Shown in pieces: positions 44,386 through 56,200 of a DNA stretch of 64,000 nt. The DNA lies in the IMG/VR virus record IMGVR_UViG_3300033073_000738, positions 1 to 64,000 of that record; one strand, written 5' to 3'. Made by a program: the position numbers and the translations under genes. The notes below the pieces were generated by a model. It was not told the origin of the DNA. It ran no database searches and saw only the letters and a list, made by a program, of their open reading frames with translations. This DNA comes from a virus. Lineage: Duplodnaviria > Caudoviricetes. Within the stretch, counting starts at the first letter, position 1, and every line of letters starts with the position of its first letter.

Positions 44386-47300
44386 TTATTTAATTTTACC
44401 AAGACAACTCATACGATTAAAAAACTCTTCAGCTGATTCATTCTCAAGCTGCTCCTTCTTATAAAGGTCCGCTATCTGTTCTGCAGACATGCTGAAACTC
44501 AATGTTGAATCCACCATCAATTTGGTGAAAGCTCCCACAACATCAGTTGTAGTGGCTCTATCAGCACTTGCTGTTGCTTTACCAAAGTTGTTAAAGATGT
44601 TTCTACTTTTAGCTGCAGCATCTGCCAAGTCATTCATCATATTTCCACTATGACCCTTGACCCATTTTATAGATACAGAACCACCGCTGGCTTCGATCTT
44701 CTTTATAAGATTCTCAGCAGCATTTACAAGAGTTATGATGTAAGCTTCCTTTGCTTTCCAAGGCTTAGGTTCTCTTTGCTGACTTCCTTCACTGTAGTTC
44801 CATAACCCGTTATAGTTTACAGCCCCTTTGTAATCCTGGTTGATTACAATGTGTTCACCCCCTACATTTGCAAAATGGGTAAGTACAGACACCAGGGCCA
44901 TCATTTCCATGGTAGGATTACTAAACTTAGCATCTGGGTGCAGCTCTTTCAATCGTTGCACCTCTTTACTTTCTTCTGTACCAGATAGATCATAAACTTG
45001 ACCATTTGCTTTGAATACAGCACCAAACCCAATCTTACCGGTACCCTTGATGTCAGACCCATCTGAGTAAACTTGCAATGGATTCTCTTTAGTGGAAAGT
45101 TTAGTTGGTGTAACAGATTTATCTGAAGACTCATATTGTTTATAAATAACTAACTCTCTACCAGCATCTTTCTTAGACTCTTCAATCCATCCAATTAATG
45201 CAGTGTAACCATTAGCAATCATGGCTTTTGTAACAGCATCATTACTTTCTTTTATCGAAGAGAATACCTTATTCTCAAGAGCTGCTCGTTTAATTAACAT
45301 AAACTTACTTTGTCCTTCTTCTGTTGTAGCATCTAATGTTGTTGCAGGCTCATAAGATACTTCTACCGTTGTCACTTTACCAGAACTTCCTATTTCTTGA
45401 AATGGTCTATCTAACGCATAATAAGTACCACCACCTCTTTGTGCATAATTAACCTTAGAAGAAAATGTATCCGATGTTCTAAAGGCTTTAACTGTAACAG
45501 TTGCTTGCTGTTTAATAGTAGTTGTAGCAGGTTTGACAACATCAGATTTACTCCATCTTGAATAACCATCAAGTCTTTCTTCTGTGTAACCCTTTAGCTT
45601 AAGATAGGATGCAATAAGTTGATCAGAAAGATTACCCTTAGCGTATTGATTACCCACTCTAAACGATGCACCGGCTGCAATAGCTTTTTCCAAAAGTGAT
45701 TTGTATTTACTACTAAGAGTTTCTTTGATCTGAGCTTCTGTAACACCTCTAAACAACCCACTACCAGATACCATCACTACATCAGATGCGGTATAGTTTC
45801 CAGTATTTGCTTTACTACCCCAGGCTTGACGATATTTATCTGTAGAACTAATGGAAGCATTACCAGACTTATATCCTATAAACTGAGTAGATTCCTGAGC
45901 CATCTGAATGTCTTTACCTGCATTACCATACATATCAGTAGGTTTGACACCTGCCTGTAGTAGCGGGTTTTCTTTAACAGTATCTTGTTGTTGAGATGAC
46001 ATCAACCCAGCTTTTTGTAAAGCTTCTTTTATAGCCGGCATGTTAGATCTAGTGGCATCAGTTCTTACTGTGGCTTGTCTACCAAGACTAACATCCTCAG
46101 AAGGCAATACAAGTTTGATATTATCTGTAGCAGAAATAGTTTTAATCAGAATAGGTAGTATCTCCTTTACAGACCCTTCACCATGACCAAGACCAGCTAG
46201 TGGCAGAAGTATTGTCTTGTCTTTATTCTCTCTTGCATATACAATGATCTTACGCAGACCGCTTTTCATCAACTCAACATTGTTACCTGTCACTGATTCA
46301 GAATAAGCCCCTTTACCAGGTTTTCTGGTAGAAGGTTCATTACCCTTAACTGGTAGTTGTATCACATTGTCTTTGATCTTGAATTCACCGTCTCCACGTG
46401 TAATCAACCCTTTAGATGCAGCAGCTTGTGCTAACCCAGCACCATGTACACCTTCTAGGTTTGTAGTGATTACAGGAATACCTTGCATTTGGAATATATC
46501 TCCCTCTACAACTTTCTCAGATTGATTTTGAATTACCTCAAACTCAATAGCTGCAGCACCAGGTAAGAATTTATCAATCACATTAACATCTTCTGCTCTC
46601 CAGCCTTCTTTGTGCCAAGTACCTTTCCACCCAGGTGAACCTTTGGGATGTATAGCAGTGACACGTGCATACACTTCTTTCTCTACTTTATAATCAGAAG
46701 TTGTACTAATGTGCCTTACAATATCTCCCACTTTTACATTATATTTATCCATCTCTGTATTTGACCTTGTTGTACGAGTACGGAAACCATGTATTATCAT
46801 ATCAATACTTGTAGGATTGGGCCCCAATGCATCAATAACTTTTTGATTAGCCGTAACTAAACTACCGAAACTCATAACCCCACTTACCTTGTTCTGTGGA
46901 ATATCAGCAACACTTGCTATAGATTTCTGAGCAACTGGTGTAGGCAATAACCCTTTCTCTTGTTTAGATGCCCACTCTAAAGGTATACTAGAGTACCACT
47001 TACCTTTTGTTGCTATTTCACGAGTGAGGGTTTGTTTAGAACCTTTACCAAAAAACGTGGGATTATTACTGCCAAATTTAGAATAAAAATCTCTATAGAC
47101 TGTTTCTTTATACAATCTTTTCTGTTCAGAATCTTTTCTTTCATCTACACTTTTCTGAAACTCATCTACAGCATACCCATACAGCTTATTTATAAGACCG
47201 ACAGGTACAGCTGAAATGTAGCTGTATCTGTTTGAGTTCAATCCGCTCTGGAAAATAGAATACAAAACAAGATCCCTGAAGAACTTTCTTACTTGTATAT

Positions 47301-50300
47301 TGTCTTCATCTGATTGTTCAAGGTTTGCCAGGTTTTCTAATTGAGCAATCACACTCTCTTTCTCTATGGTATTACTGCTGTTCTCAAGAAATCGCCAAGT
47401 GATTACACGAGAGTTTCCTTCACCTCTTTCAAAAAACAGGTTTCTAACAATTGGATATTGTTCTTCAAGAGATGAATACCAGTCTTTTTTCTTGATGGCA
47501 TTCCAATCATCCACCATCTTATTAGACTGAATCAATTCTAACAAATACTCATCAAGTGATTTGTCAGTCTGCCAGTTTTCTTTGAAATACTGTTTCCCTT
47601 CTTCACTACGATCTATGAAGTTTTGCAATACATAATTGACAAAGTCATTCTTAGCTGTGCGAGCAAACTTCAAAAGGTCATCGTTTGTTTTCAGTTTTCT
47701 ATCTTCTGCAAAACCCATCATCAGATAACCACCTTCCTTAAGCAAAAAGTTATTTAACTGAATGTCATTTCTAACAGGGAACAGAGTATTGAGACCTAAT
47801 AGTATCTCTTTTGCTACATTCAAAGGCGTAATTATACTATTAGTAGCAATGTTCTTGACAGTTTCACGAGTCAATACAGACGAAGGTTCGTTAAGATCTA
47901 TAGCTTTTTTATACAATTCTCCTCTTGCAAATACATCAAAACCGGAAGCATAGGGATTGGTATCCCATTTCAAAGCTGTTTGAATGTTAGTTAAAGAATC
48001 TGTGTTATCCTTCAACCCAAGCATCTCTATCAAATATATAAGTTGCTCAAGCTTCATGCTTTCAGAAAGAGTGAATAAGTCTGTACCATCTGGCATCACT
48101 GTTTCTTTCAACTTTTCCTTGCTGAACAACTCATCAGTATTTAGAACATACTCACCTTTAAGTCTATTAATCTTATCGTTAATTACACTTCTTATGGTCT
48201 TTCTGCTTACGCTTTTTGCAACTGCATCTCTTTTTATGACACCCATTTCTTTCATAAGTTCTGCAAGAGCCATTCTCCTAGCTGATACTTTGCTATCTTT
48301 TGCACTATCCAAGAACTTGTTATCATACAAGCTGATCAGTTTGGTATACCTTCTGATGATGGGCTGATTCACAAAGTTCAGTATCTTATCACTTGATATC
48401 CCCATATACTTCATGAAAAACATCAAAGGAGAAAGCTCTGTCACCACATTCACTGCAAACACATAGTCATCTTTAGCCACGTCAACAAACGCATTGATAA
48501 ACTCACTGAAGAACTCACTTTTAAGATTACCATCTTCATCATAAATGCTTGACAAAGACACCTCTTCTATTTTACCCCCTACGGTCTTTTTTATAAACTT
48601 GTTTGAAAACAATGTATTAACCTGTTTGGGGTTCAACTTAGCATCAGAATACTGGAACAATACGTTGAATGTATTAGCAAGAGCTGCAATACCCAGGTCG
48701 TTCTTACCTGTTAATAGACTCAGGAACTTCTTAATGTTCTTTTCTCTATCTAATATCTCTGAGTGTTTGTAGTCAGTCTTTTGTCTTTTAGTACCGTACA
48801 GCTTGTAATAGATTTCGTCTACTATAGGCATTATCTCGTAGTTGGTACTGGGGGTGATAAGCTCAATATAGTTAGCCGGGTGCAGTATCACCTCGCTCAT
48901 TGTATTGATCAGCCTGTTTTGTACAACACTTTTGATGTTGTTGTACTTACTTAAATCAGTGAGGTCACTCTTTTTATAGGGCATATCCATTACTTCCCCA
49001 TCGTAACTTAAAGATGGGTAGAGTATGAACATCTTGTCAATGTCAAAGTCAGAACCGGATTTGATAACAACCTCAGAAGGCATTACAATAGCATCACCAA
49101 ACTGAGCTGGTAGAAACTCTGCTATTTCCATTACGTCCTGGAAGTTCTTACCCTGTGTAGGAATACGATATGCCACCATTTGAACACTCTTTCTATTCTT
49201 GTTCATCCATTCTTCGTCTTTGAGCATCTCGTTCATCCTATGAATAGACTCTATCTTCTTACCATCTTTATGTTTCATCTGTAAAAGAGGTAGCCAGTTT
49301 CTTGTCATACCCACCTTCACCTGCATAGGAGTAACTACTTGCTTTCCATTCACTTCTTTTAGGTCGTAATACTTAAGCTCTGTATTACCAAATGTCTCAA
49401 GAGCACGATCACTGAGTTTTTTAGAATAGTTTATACGCTCCATACCTGTAGTGGCTACTTGTATGAGCATTGTTCCATTTGCCTTATATCTTACCAGGTT
49501 GTTGTTTATAGCAGATATGATGATGCCCTCTATCACCTGAGCTTGCACTGTAGCATCCAGGGGTACAGTGAACTTACCTGTTGCTGCATCATAGTTAAGG
49601 GCCTTGATAACGTTGCTGTCTTGGTTCTTCTTTTTGACTTCTGACAGAAAGTAGTCAACCATCTTCTTGAGGTCGTCCACTTTCAGTTTACCTTCTTCTT
49701 GGCTGAAACGAATCCCAAGCTTATTAAATAGAGTTGCTTTCTCTATTTCTACAAGCTCATCTATGTACCTTTTGTAATCTTGATACAGACCTTTGAAATC
49801 TGGATGTTCCAGATTCATCATGATCAGCTTCCTGATCTGTGAACCAAATACAGAAGTGTCGTGAATCTCTGAGTCTATTGTTACCTGCTCTTTCAAATGG
49901 TTGAAGAACAAAGTGTTTGCACTTTTGAAATCCAAACTCTTGATTAGTTCTTTTCTTTCTTTATCGGTGAGCCCATTGATCTCATTTCTCTCCATACTAA
50001 GAAAAGGAGTAATAGTACGTTCACCGGGATTATTACCATCAAAGCTTTTGTAATAATCATCCATGTCTTTAGGCGTCTCTACCTTGCTACCGCTTTCAAA
50101 CTTTACATACCCATATCCACCAAACTCCATTCTCTTAGCTAGATGCTCATCTGCTGTTCCTTTAATCAATGTAGGAATCAAAGGTTGTATAGAGAACTTA
50201 TCAAATACCGGCACCAGGGTCGTATAACTACCGTTATCTACTGTTCTATTATACTCCATAGGGCCAGCATACTGGAACTTCTTAGGAGGAAAATACACCT

Positions 50301-53286
50301 CAGCTAATGGATCATATCCAACCGCGTCACGTTTCTTTATAAGTTCGCTACGTAACTTGGGGTCTTTTTCTGCGTCAGCAAGTTCATCATAGTGGGCAAA
50401 GTCAACGATCTTCTTATATGTCTCCTCCTGTTCATTCGACCATTGACCAGTAAGAATGGATATATTACGATAGAAGTCAAATGTACATTTACCCTGACCA
50501 TCAGCTTCTGTACCCTTGTATTCATTCTCGATTACAGCTTTAATCTTCTCGTCATAAAGCTTGATCATTTCAGGGCTGAGCAAACCTTTTTCTTTCTTTA
50601 GCTTCTCAATGTTTGCTATAATCTTATCCTTATAAGATGATACAAAGTTGACATCTTTTAACACAGCACTTCTAAATCCAAAATCTACAGACTGACGAGC
50701 TAATGCCTCAGTGTATTCGTTTTTGTTCAAATAACCTTTCTTATACAAACGTTCTATCAAATTCCTACCGGATAGATTTGTGTTTGCACCATACCCTACA
50801 GAGTTTGAGTAGTTATTGAAATCCTCTATCAGGTTCTTATCAAGGGAGGCAAAAATACCTGTAGCTGAATCTTTGGGAGATCGTTTATGAAAGTCTTTGA
50901 AATAGATGGAGTCACCAAAGAATACTTTCATCTGGTCAATATCCATTAAGAAAGTATTAGCCAGGTAGTCATGTATAACGTTGGTCCATGGGTCTTTACC
51001 CATTTGCAGCTCGTCTTTACCAAAATTGAATACTTTAAATCTCTTATTGCTCCACAGTTTCTCAGCAGGTTTCAATCTTTCATAGAACCTCTGAGCATAG
51101 TTGTTCATGTAATCTGTAATCTCATTCTTTACATTGTTATGCAGCTCACTGTTTGGAACCAATGCTACTTCATCAACACTCTTTGCTTTACTTAATATTG
51201 CATCCAGTTTGTCCCTGATATCAGAATCTTTGATGATGTCTTCAAACAAACCCCAGGTATTCAAACTATTTACAGAAGCTCTAGTGAGGTCTTTGAAAAA
51301 CCCTTTCTTAGCCAGGTAACGCATTTGCATAGTGTCCTGAAGATGATCCACCACCTTAGATAGAAATACTTCATTACTAAATATTTTAGCAGTGCTGTTC
51401 TTAAAAAAAGACACTATAGGTCTCTTCTGAGGTAGCTCAAGATTCTTATCAAAATAGTAATCCATCTTTACACCCAGGTCAGTAGACTTATCTCCCAGAC
51501 GTAATACCGAGTTATAGCCCTGCATACGAAATGAGTTGATGTCCTGGAGGAGTTTATCAATGTCATTCAGATCTGTACTACTTGCACCATCTGTATCTTC
51601 CCCTTCTTTCTTAAGCTGTAGACCACCTGTATTGCTTATCTCAAGACGATTGTATTCTCCTTCGGTAGCAGACCATTCTAGTATATTAGTGTCTACATTC
51701 TTCTTTATACGACGACGCTTGCCGTAGTTTTTACTACTGGGGTCAAAAAAGAAAAGAGAATTCATGAACATACTGTTACGTATGGATGGGTTTCTCTCTG
51801 GGTCTAAGAAAGCAAGCGATGGTTCATTCTTTAATATATCTTCTAGAGTGGGATACTTCTCAAAATCATTAAGAGCATTGTTGATAACAGTGAAGTTATT
51901 GTGCAACTGTAACGCGTGCATCCTGTTTCCCTCTGAGGTGATGACGTTACGGTCCATGTTATAACTCTTGTTGTATTTCAACTCCAATGCTATAAGATCT
52001 TTGATAAGGTTGTTTTGACCGTCGCTAATCTTCTTTGATACCCATTTACCTTTTTCTTGAGTTCTGGTATAAAGATCCTGGGTAACAGCTTTAAGGGGGT
52101 TTGTTATAAACTTATCATCTTGTATATTCCTTACAACTGCAAGAAAATGATTGTATATATACTGAAAAGCAGTTGTATAACCCTGACCTTTAGGTCCTAG
52201 AGCTCTACTCGACATCAGATGCTTTTCTGTCTGTGGAGAAAACTCAAATCCCAGACCTTTTAAAAATGACAATTGAGTTGCTTTTAAAGACGGCCCATCT
52301 ATATTCTTGAATATATCTTCCAGTCTTTCTATAGCATTCTTATTAATCTCCCATGCACCATTGTTATTGTCAGCAAGATTCACCTCAGTACCATCTGGTA
52401 GAGTGATGGGCATACCCACCCTATTGAAGTTAGCTTCAATCTTCATTTGATAACCAGAGGTCTTACCGGTAGCTGCCATGAAGTTCTTCAACAACCCATT
52501 GTCTTCTAAGCTCATTTGATATATAGGCATAAAAGCCTTGGCAAATGAGTTCCTGAAATTGATTCTGAACTGCGTCTCTTCTTTTGTATGGTCTTTCTTG
52601 TGTTTCAGCTTGTCTATAATCTTGCTGTACTGAGGTATGTCATTTACATACTTTTCCATCTTAGTAATGATCTGGTCAAGACTTGTAGAGTTCTCTACAT
52701 GAGTCATCAGATTCCTTACAAAGTTGGAATAGTTTACAGAAGATGTAAATCCATATTCATCAAACACCTCGTCATCTTGTAGGCTCCTGATGAAAATCTC
52801 AACAGATTTGTCTACATCATCCAATGGATCTATCTCATTAGCTGACACATCAAAGACCATTCTTTGTATGGCTTTATCGTCATCACCTATTTGAGTGAGG
52901 TCTACCAACCCGTCTTCGCCGGTCACCAATTTATTACGAAGCTCAAATACCGTAGAGAACTTAATGAAGTTAGCTTGAACACTTTTCCATGAAGCTTGTA
53001 TCTCAAGAAGATTTGTGACAATCTTCTTAAACTCTTCTGCATTCTCAGTGTCACCAGATGCTTCAAGACTTGCAACTTTAGCTGCATAGCTTTGAATGTA
53101 CTGAGGCAACACTTTGTCTCTTACTGAATTCAATAAGTTTTCAATAACACTCTTCTTATTCTTTCCTACAAGGTCAAATACAGAAACGCCTTCTTGTTCC
53201 ATAGCACGAAACATGAAGTATTCCAATTTGGAAACAACCTTGACCATTTTGTCTTTCGTAATCTCAAGTGAACAGTTAGCAGACAT
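44386..53286 (-). CDS. Virion-packaged single-subunit two-barrel RNA polymerase with C-terminal accessory domains
   Basis: DGQG, GSQIRK, YRIPTQG and catalytic GSDFDIDK (49033-49050), as in phi14:2 gp66-type RNAPs. Start set at MSANC. Confidence 0.9.
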   Translation of the reverse strand: MSANCSLEITKDKMVKVVSKLEYFMFRAMEQEGVSVFDLVGKNKKSVIENLLNSVRDKVLPQYIQSYAAKVASLEASGDTENAEEFKKIVTNLLEIQASWKSVQANFIKFSTVFELRNKLVTGEDGLVDLTQIGDDDKAIQRMVFDVSANEIDPLDDVDKSVEIFIRSLQDDEVFDEYGFTSSVNYSNFVRNLMTHVENSTSLDQIITKMEKYVNDIPQYSKIIDKLKHKKDHTKEETQFRINFRNSFAKAFMPIYQMSLEDNGLLKNFMAATGKTSGYQMKIEANFNRVGMPITLPDGTEVNLADNNNGAWEINKNAIERLEDIFKNIDGPSLKATQLSFLKGLGFEFSPQTEKHLMSSRALGPKGQGYTTAFQYIYNHFLAVVRNIQDDKFITNPLKAVTQDLYTRTQEKGKWVSKKISDGQNNLIKDLIALELKYNKSYNMDRNVITSEGNRMHALQLHNNFTVINNALNDFEKYPTLEDILKNEPSLAFLDPERNPSIRNSMFMNSLFFFDPSSKNYGKRRRIKKNVDTNILEWSATEGEYNRLEISNTGGLQLKKEGEDTDGASSTDLNDIDKLLQDINSFRMQGYNSVLRLGDKSTDLGVKMDYYFDKNLELPQKRPIVSFFKNSTAKIFSNEVFLSKVVDHLQDTMQMRYLAKKGFFKDLTRASVNSLNTWGLFEDIIKDSDIRDKLDAILSKAKSVDEVALVPNSELHNNVKNEITDYMNNYAQRFYERLKPAEKLWSNKRFKVFNFGKDELQMGKDPWTNVIHDYLANTFLMDIDQMKVFFGDSIYFKDFHKRSPKDSATGIFASLDKNLIEDFNNYSNSVGYGANTNLSGRNLIERLYKKGYLNKNEYTEALARQSVDFGFRSAVLKDVNFVSSYKDKIIANIEKLKKEKGLLSPEMIKLYDEKIKAVIENEYKGTEADGQGKCTFDFYRNISILTGQWSNEQEETYKKIVDFAHYDELADAEKDPKLRSELIKKRDAVGYDPLAEVYFPPKKFQYAGPMEYNRTVDNGSYTTLVPVFDKFSIQPLIPTLIKGTADEHLAKRMEFGGYGYVKFESGSKVETPKDMDDYYKSFDGNNPGERTITPFLSMERNEINGLTDKERKELIKSLDFKSANTLFFNHLKEQVTIDSEIHDTSVFGSQIRKLIMMNLEHPDFKGLYQDYKRYIDELVEIEKATLFNKLGIRFSQEEGKLKVDDLKKMVDYFLSEVKKKNQDSNVIKALNYDAATGKFTVPLDATVQAQVIEGIIISAINNNLVRYKANGTMLIQVATTGMERINYSKKLSDRALETFGNTELKYYDLKEVNGKQVVTPMQVKVGMTRNWLPLLQMKHKDGKKIESIHRMNEMLKDEEWMNKNRKSVQMVAYRIPTQGKNFQDVMEIAEFLPAQFGDAIVMPSEVVIKSGSDFDIDKMFILYPSLSYDGEVMDMPYKKSDLTDLSKYNNIKSVVQNRLINTMSEVILHPANYIELITPSTNYEIMPIVDEIYYKLYGTKRQKTDYKHSEILDREKNIKKFLSLLTGKNDLGIAALANTFNVLFQYSDAKLNPKQVNTLFSNKFIKKTVGGKIEEVSLSSIYDEDGNLKSEFFSEFINAFVDVAKDDYVFAVNVVTELSPLMFFMKYMGISSDKILNFVNQPIIRRYTKLISLYDNKFLDSAKDSKVSARRMALAELMKEMGVIKRDAVAKSVSRKTIRSVINDKINRLKGEYVLNTDELFSKEKLKETVMPDGTDLFTLSESMKLEQLIYLIEMLGLKDNTDSLTNIQTALKWDTNPYASGFDVFARGELYKKAIDLNEPSSVLTRETVKNIATNSIITPLNVAKEILLGLNTLFPVRNDIQLNNFLLKEGGYLMMGFAEDRKLKTNDDLLKFARTAKNDFVNYVLQNFIDRSEEGKQYFKENWQTDKSLDEYLLELIQSNKMVDDWNAIKKKDWYSSLEEQYPIVRNLFFERGEGNSRVITWRFLENSSNTIEKESVIAQLENLANLEQSDEDNIQVRKFFRDLVLYSIFQSGLNSNRYSYISAVPVGLINKLYGYAVDEFQKSVDERKDSEQKRLYKETVYRDFYSKFGSNNPTFFGKGSKQTLTREIATKGKWYSSIPLEWASKQEKGLLPTPVAQKSIASVADIPQNKVSGVMSFGSLVTANQKVIDALGPNPTSIDMIIHGFRTRTTRSNTEMDKYNVKVGDIVRHISTTSDYKVEKEVYARVTAIHPKGSPGWKGTWHKEGWRAEDVNVIDKFLPGAAAIEFEVIQNQSEKVVEGDIFQMQGIPVITTNLEGVHGAGLAQAAASKGLITRGDGEFKIKDNVIQLPVKGNEPSTRKPGKGAYSESVTGNNVELMKSGLRKIIVYARENKDKTILLPLAGLGHGEGSVKEILPILIKTISATDNIKLVLPSEDVSLGRQATVRTDATRSNMPAIKEALQKAGLMSSQQQDTVKENPLLQAGVKPTDMYGNAGKDIQMAQESTQFIGYKSGNASISSTDKYRQAWGSKANTGNYTASDVVMVSGSGLFRGVTEAQIKETLSSKYKSLLEKAIAAGASFRVGNQYAKGNLSDQLIASYLKLKGYTEERLDGYSRWSKSDVVKPATTTIKQQATVTVKAFRTSDTFSSKVNYAQRGGGTYYALDRPFQEIGSSGKVTTVEVSYEPATTLDATTEEGQSKFMLIKRAALENKVFSSIKESNDAVTKAMIANGYTALIGWIEESKKDAGRELVIYKQYESSDKSVTPTKLSTKENPLQVYSDGSDIKGTGKIGFGAVFKANGQVYDLSGTEESKEVQRLKELHPDAKFSNPTMEMMALVSVLTHFANVGGEHIVINQDYKGAVNYNGLWNYSEGSQQREPKPWKAKEAYIITLVNAAENLIKKIEASGGSVSIKWVKGHSGNMMNDLADAAAKSRNIFNNFGKATASADRATTTDVVGAFTKLMVDSTLSFSMSAEQIADLYKKEQLENESAEEFFNRMSCLGKIK

Positions 53287-53288
53287 TA

Positions 53289-56200
53289 TTAACAAACTTT
53301 AGTATAAATAGTATTTAGTTTCGGAGCAAAGAACTTCTTCTTCTTAGGAGGATTGGGTATGTTAATAGGTGCAGCATTTTTGCTGTCCTTACTCACCTCA
53401 TCTGTCTTATTCTTGATTGAGTTGGGGTCATCTACAACCTCTTGCTCTGTAATTGGAGCAGGTGCTTTGTAGTTTAGATCTTTGGGTGAAACAAACTCAA
53501 CAATAGAATTGTAACGCTTCAGGTTATTTACATCAGGTATATCCTGGAATGTAACCTTTAGACCAACTTCGTTAATCAAAAAGTCCTTGAAGTTCTTCTG
53601 TACAAATGTAACTTTTTTAACACCATCCTGCTGGTCTAATACCGGAAACATAAACGGCACAACACCGTTGAACCATTGTGAATAGATATTTATAGGCAAC
53701 CTACCAATGTAGTTCATAACCTTCTTGAGATTGTTCTCATCCACAATAACCTTTTTAGAATTCTTGTCCAGTGTGAATATATTATACGTAACACGTTCCT
53801 TGTTTTCTATAATGGTTACATCCTGTAGATTATTACTAATCCTGAGGTTATATTTGTCGCCGGTCAACCAGATGTTCTGTACAAACATTCTTAGGTTGTT
53901 ATATATACCACTTTCTGCAGGTATCTTCTTCTCCAGGTTTCTTTCTAAGAATGTTCTAATAATAGCAAATGTATAGGGAACAAAAGCAATCTCTTGGTCA
54001 TTAAGTTCTACCCTAGCATTTCTTGAAAAAGGAGGAAGCAAACCACGTCTGTTGATAGCTCCACTGGCATCTTTAATCAAGGCATTTAGTTCACCTGACT
54101 CTTTGTTTATTACAATGTCCACATGATCTTGACTAAGTTGTCTCCTAAGCTCAGGGCTTGTCAAAGTATTTGGTGAAGATGTTGCATTAAGTAATGACAC
54201 ATCTTTAAGATTCATTACACCTGCTGTAATCCTATTCAGTCTAGCAATCTTTGTACGACCATCTTTCACCTCACTGACCATCTTGTCATAAGCCTCTTTT
54301 GCATTAGGGTCAAGCTTATTCTCAACTACGGCATTGCTGAACTCGTTCAACATGTTGAAATAGACAATCTGATTCTCTCCACTTTCTCTCAAACCTTTGC
54401 TGTCTTGAAGATTGTTCTTGTCGATCACACCCACTTGTTCACCCTCTTTATTGAATATGATGGGGTTGCCGTCTTTATCAGATATATAACCAATGACGTC
54501 GCTGCTATACTCCAGGTCGTACATTGTTGAATCACTACCATCCCAACGCAACATTGAATTGTTCTTGGTGATAGTGACCCTGTAATCTTTTAAAGACTCC
54601 ACAGGCTTAATATGAAGCTTGTTGATTATATCTCTCACCTTGTGATAGTAGCTTGTAAAGTAGTTACTCTCCACCGGCTCACCTGTCTCAACATCATAAT
54701 ACAAATCATTAGACGTGCTTCTAAATGGATTCTCATTCTGAGCTGACTTGTCAGAAGCTAATGGTGTTCTCAACACAAGCATGTAATCAAGAGGCTTCAT
54801 AGAACCAGAAGCAACCTCGTCTTTGAATGTAGAAGAAGCTTTTACAACTGGTATACCTGATTCTTTCTCTTCTTCACTAGGCACTTTGAACTCAAACTCT
54901 ATCTTCTTCTGTAGTTCTTTAGATATGGGAATTCCAAAATAGTCTTTTAGAGCTGCGTTTATCTTTTGTTCAGTGGCTTCAAGTTTAGACTTGTCAAATA
55001 AACCACCTCTATCTACCCATTGTAGGAAGTCCATCACCTCATTGTTAGTATCATATATGAGTTCTTTGAGATTATTACTTCCCTTGGTTACACTCAACGC
55101 ACCCACTTTAATCAGCTTACGGATCTGCTTTACATCACCAATAGCAGAATATACCTCACCATAGTTCTCAACAGCAACAGCAGGATAACGTGTTCTCAGC
55201 TCACCAAACACTCGACTGAAACCCATTTTAGATAGTTTCTTAGCAGCCGTATATTCTTTCTCAAAACTATTGAACTCATCCACACTTCTAAATCCAAGTG
55301 AGGGAAGTTTGAAATCTGGTGTTACCTGGAATGCATTCTCTTCCAAACTGTACATACTAGGGAACATACTGTACCCTTCCATTACATCACTCATGTTGCC
55401 GCTTGCATATGTTCCATTCTCATCTAACGGACCCATGAGTTCACGGATGTACTCAGCTACAGTATCTTCTATAAGAGGAATGTATCCATTCTTTTCAGCA
55501 AGCTTTGTCAATACAGCTTCAACCCTTGCTTGTGACCTAACACGACGAGGATTGTTGCGTCCCAGGGTGTAGATCTCAAACTTAGACATCCCTGTAGCAT
55601 CAGTTACATAATAATATGTACGACCTTCCACCTCAACACTAAAAGCATGTTTGAGTTTGTTCTTATATTCCTCTATACGGAAGCGTCGCTTGTTAGCTGT
55701 TATAGCACTTGATAATGTATCATACTCAGATTCAGATATAGCATCTTTTGAGTATAGCTTTTTGAATTGCTTTCTTAGTTGGTCAAGGTCTGTAAGAGAT
55801 TTTGCTAAACCAATCTTCTCCAGCATTTCACCGGATGACGTGTTTAGTATCTCAGAGGTGAGATTCAACACTTCACTCAGTGCAGTTTCATCTGTCATTA
55901 CACCAAGTTTCTCCAAGAGTTTCTTGATGAAATCCATGAACACCTGCCAGGTAGTCTTCTTAGAGTTAGCATAAGGTATCTTAGCTAACAGATATTGAAA
56001 CGCGGGGTTGGTAAAAGCTTCTGTTACAAACTCCCTAAGTTGCTCGTCAGGTGATAAGTCACTATTAAAAGCATAAAAATGACCGGCCAGTTCAGAATTC
56101 TTTACAGCATTGTATACAGATCTGAGTGCCCTGGTGTATTCACTTTTAGGATCAGCAATAGCTGTCTCTATCTGCTTATGGATTAACTCATGCAGAATGA

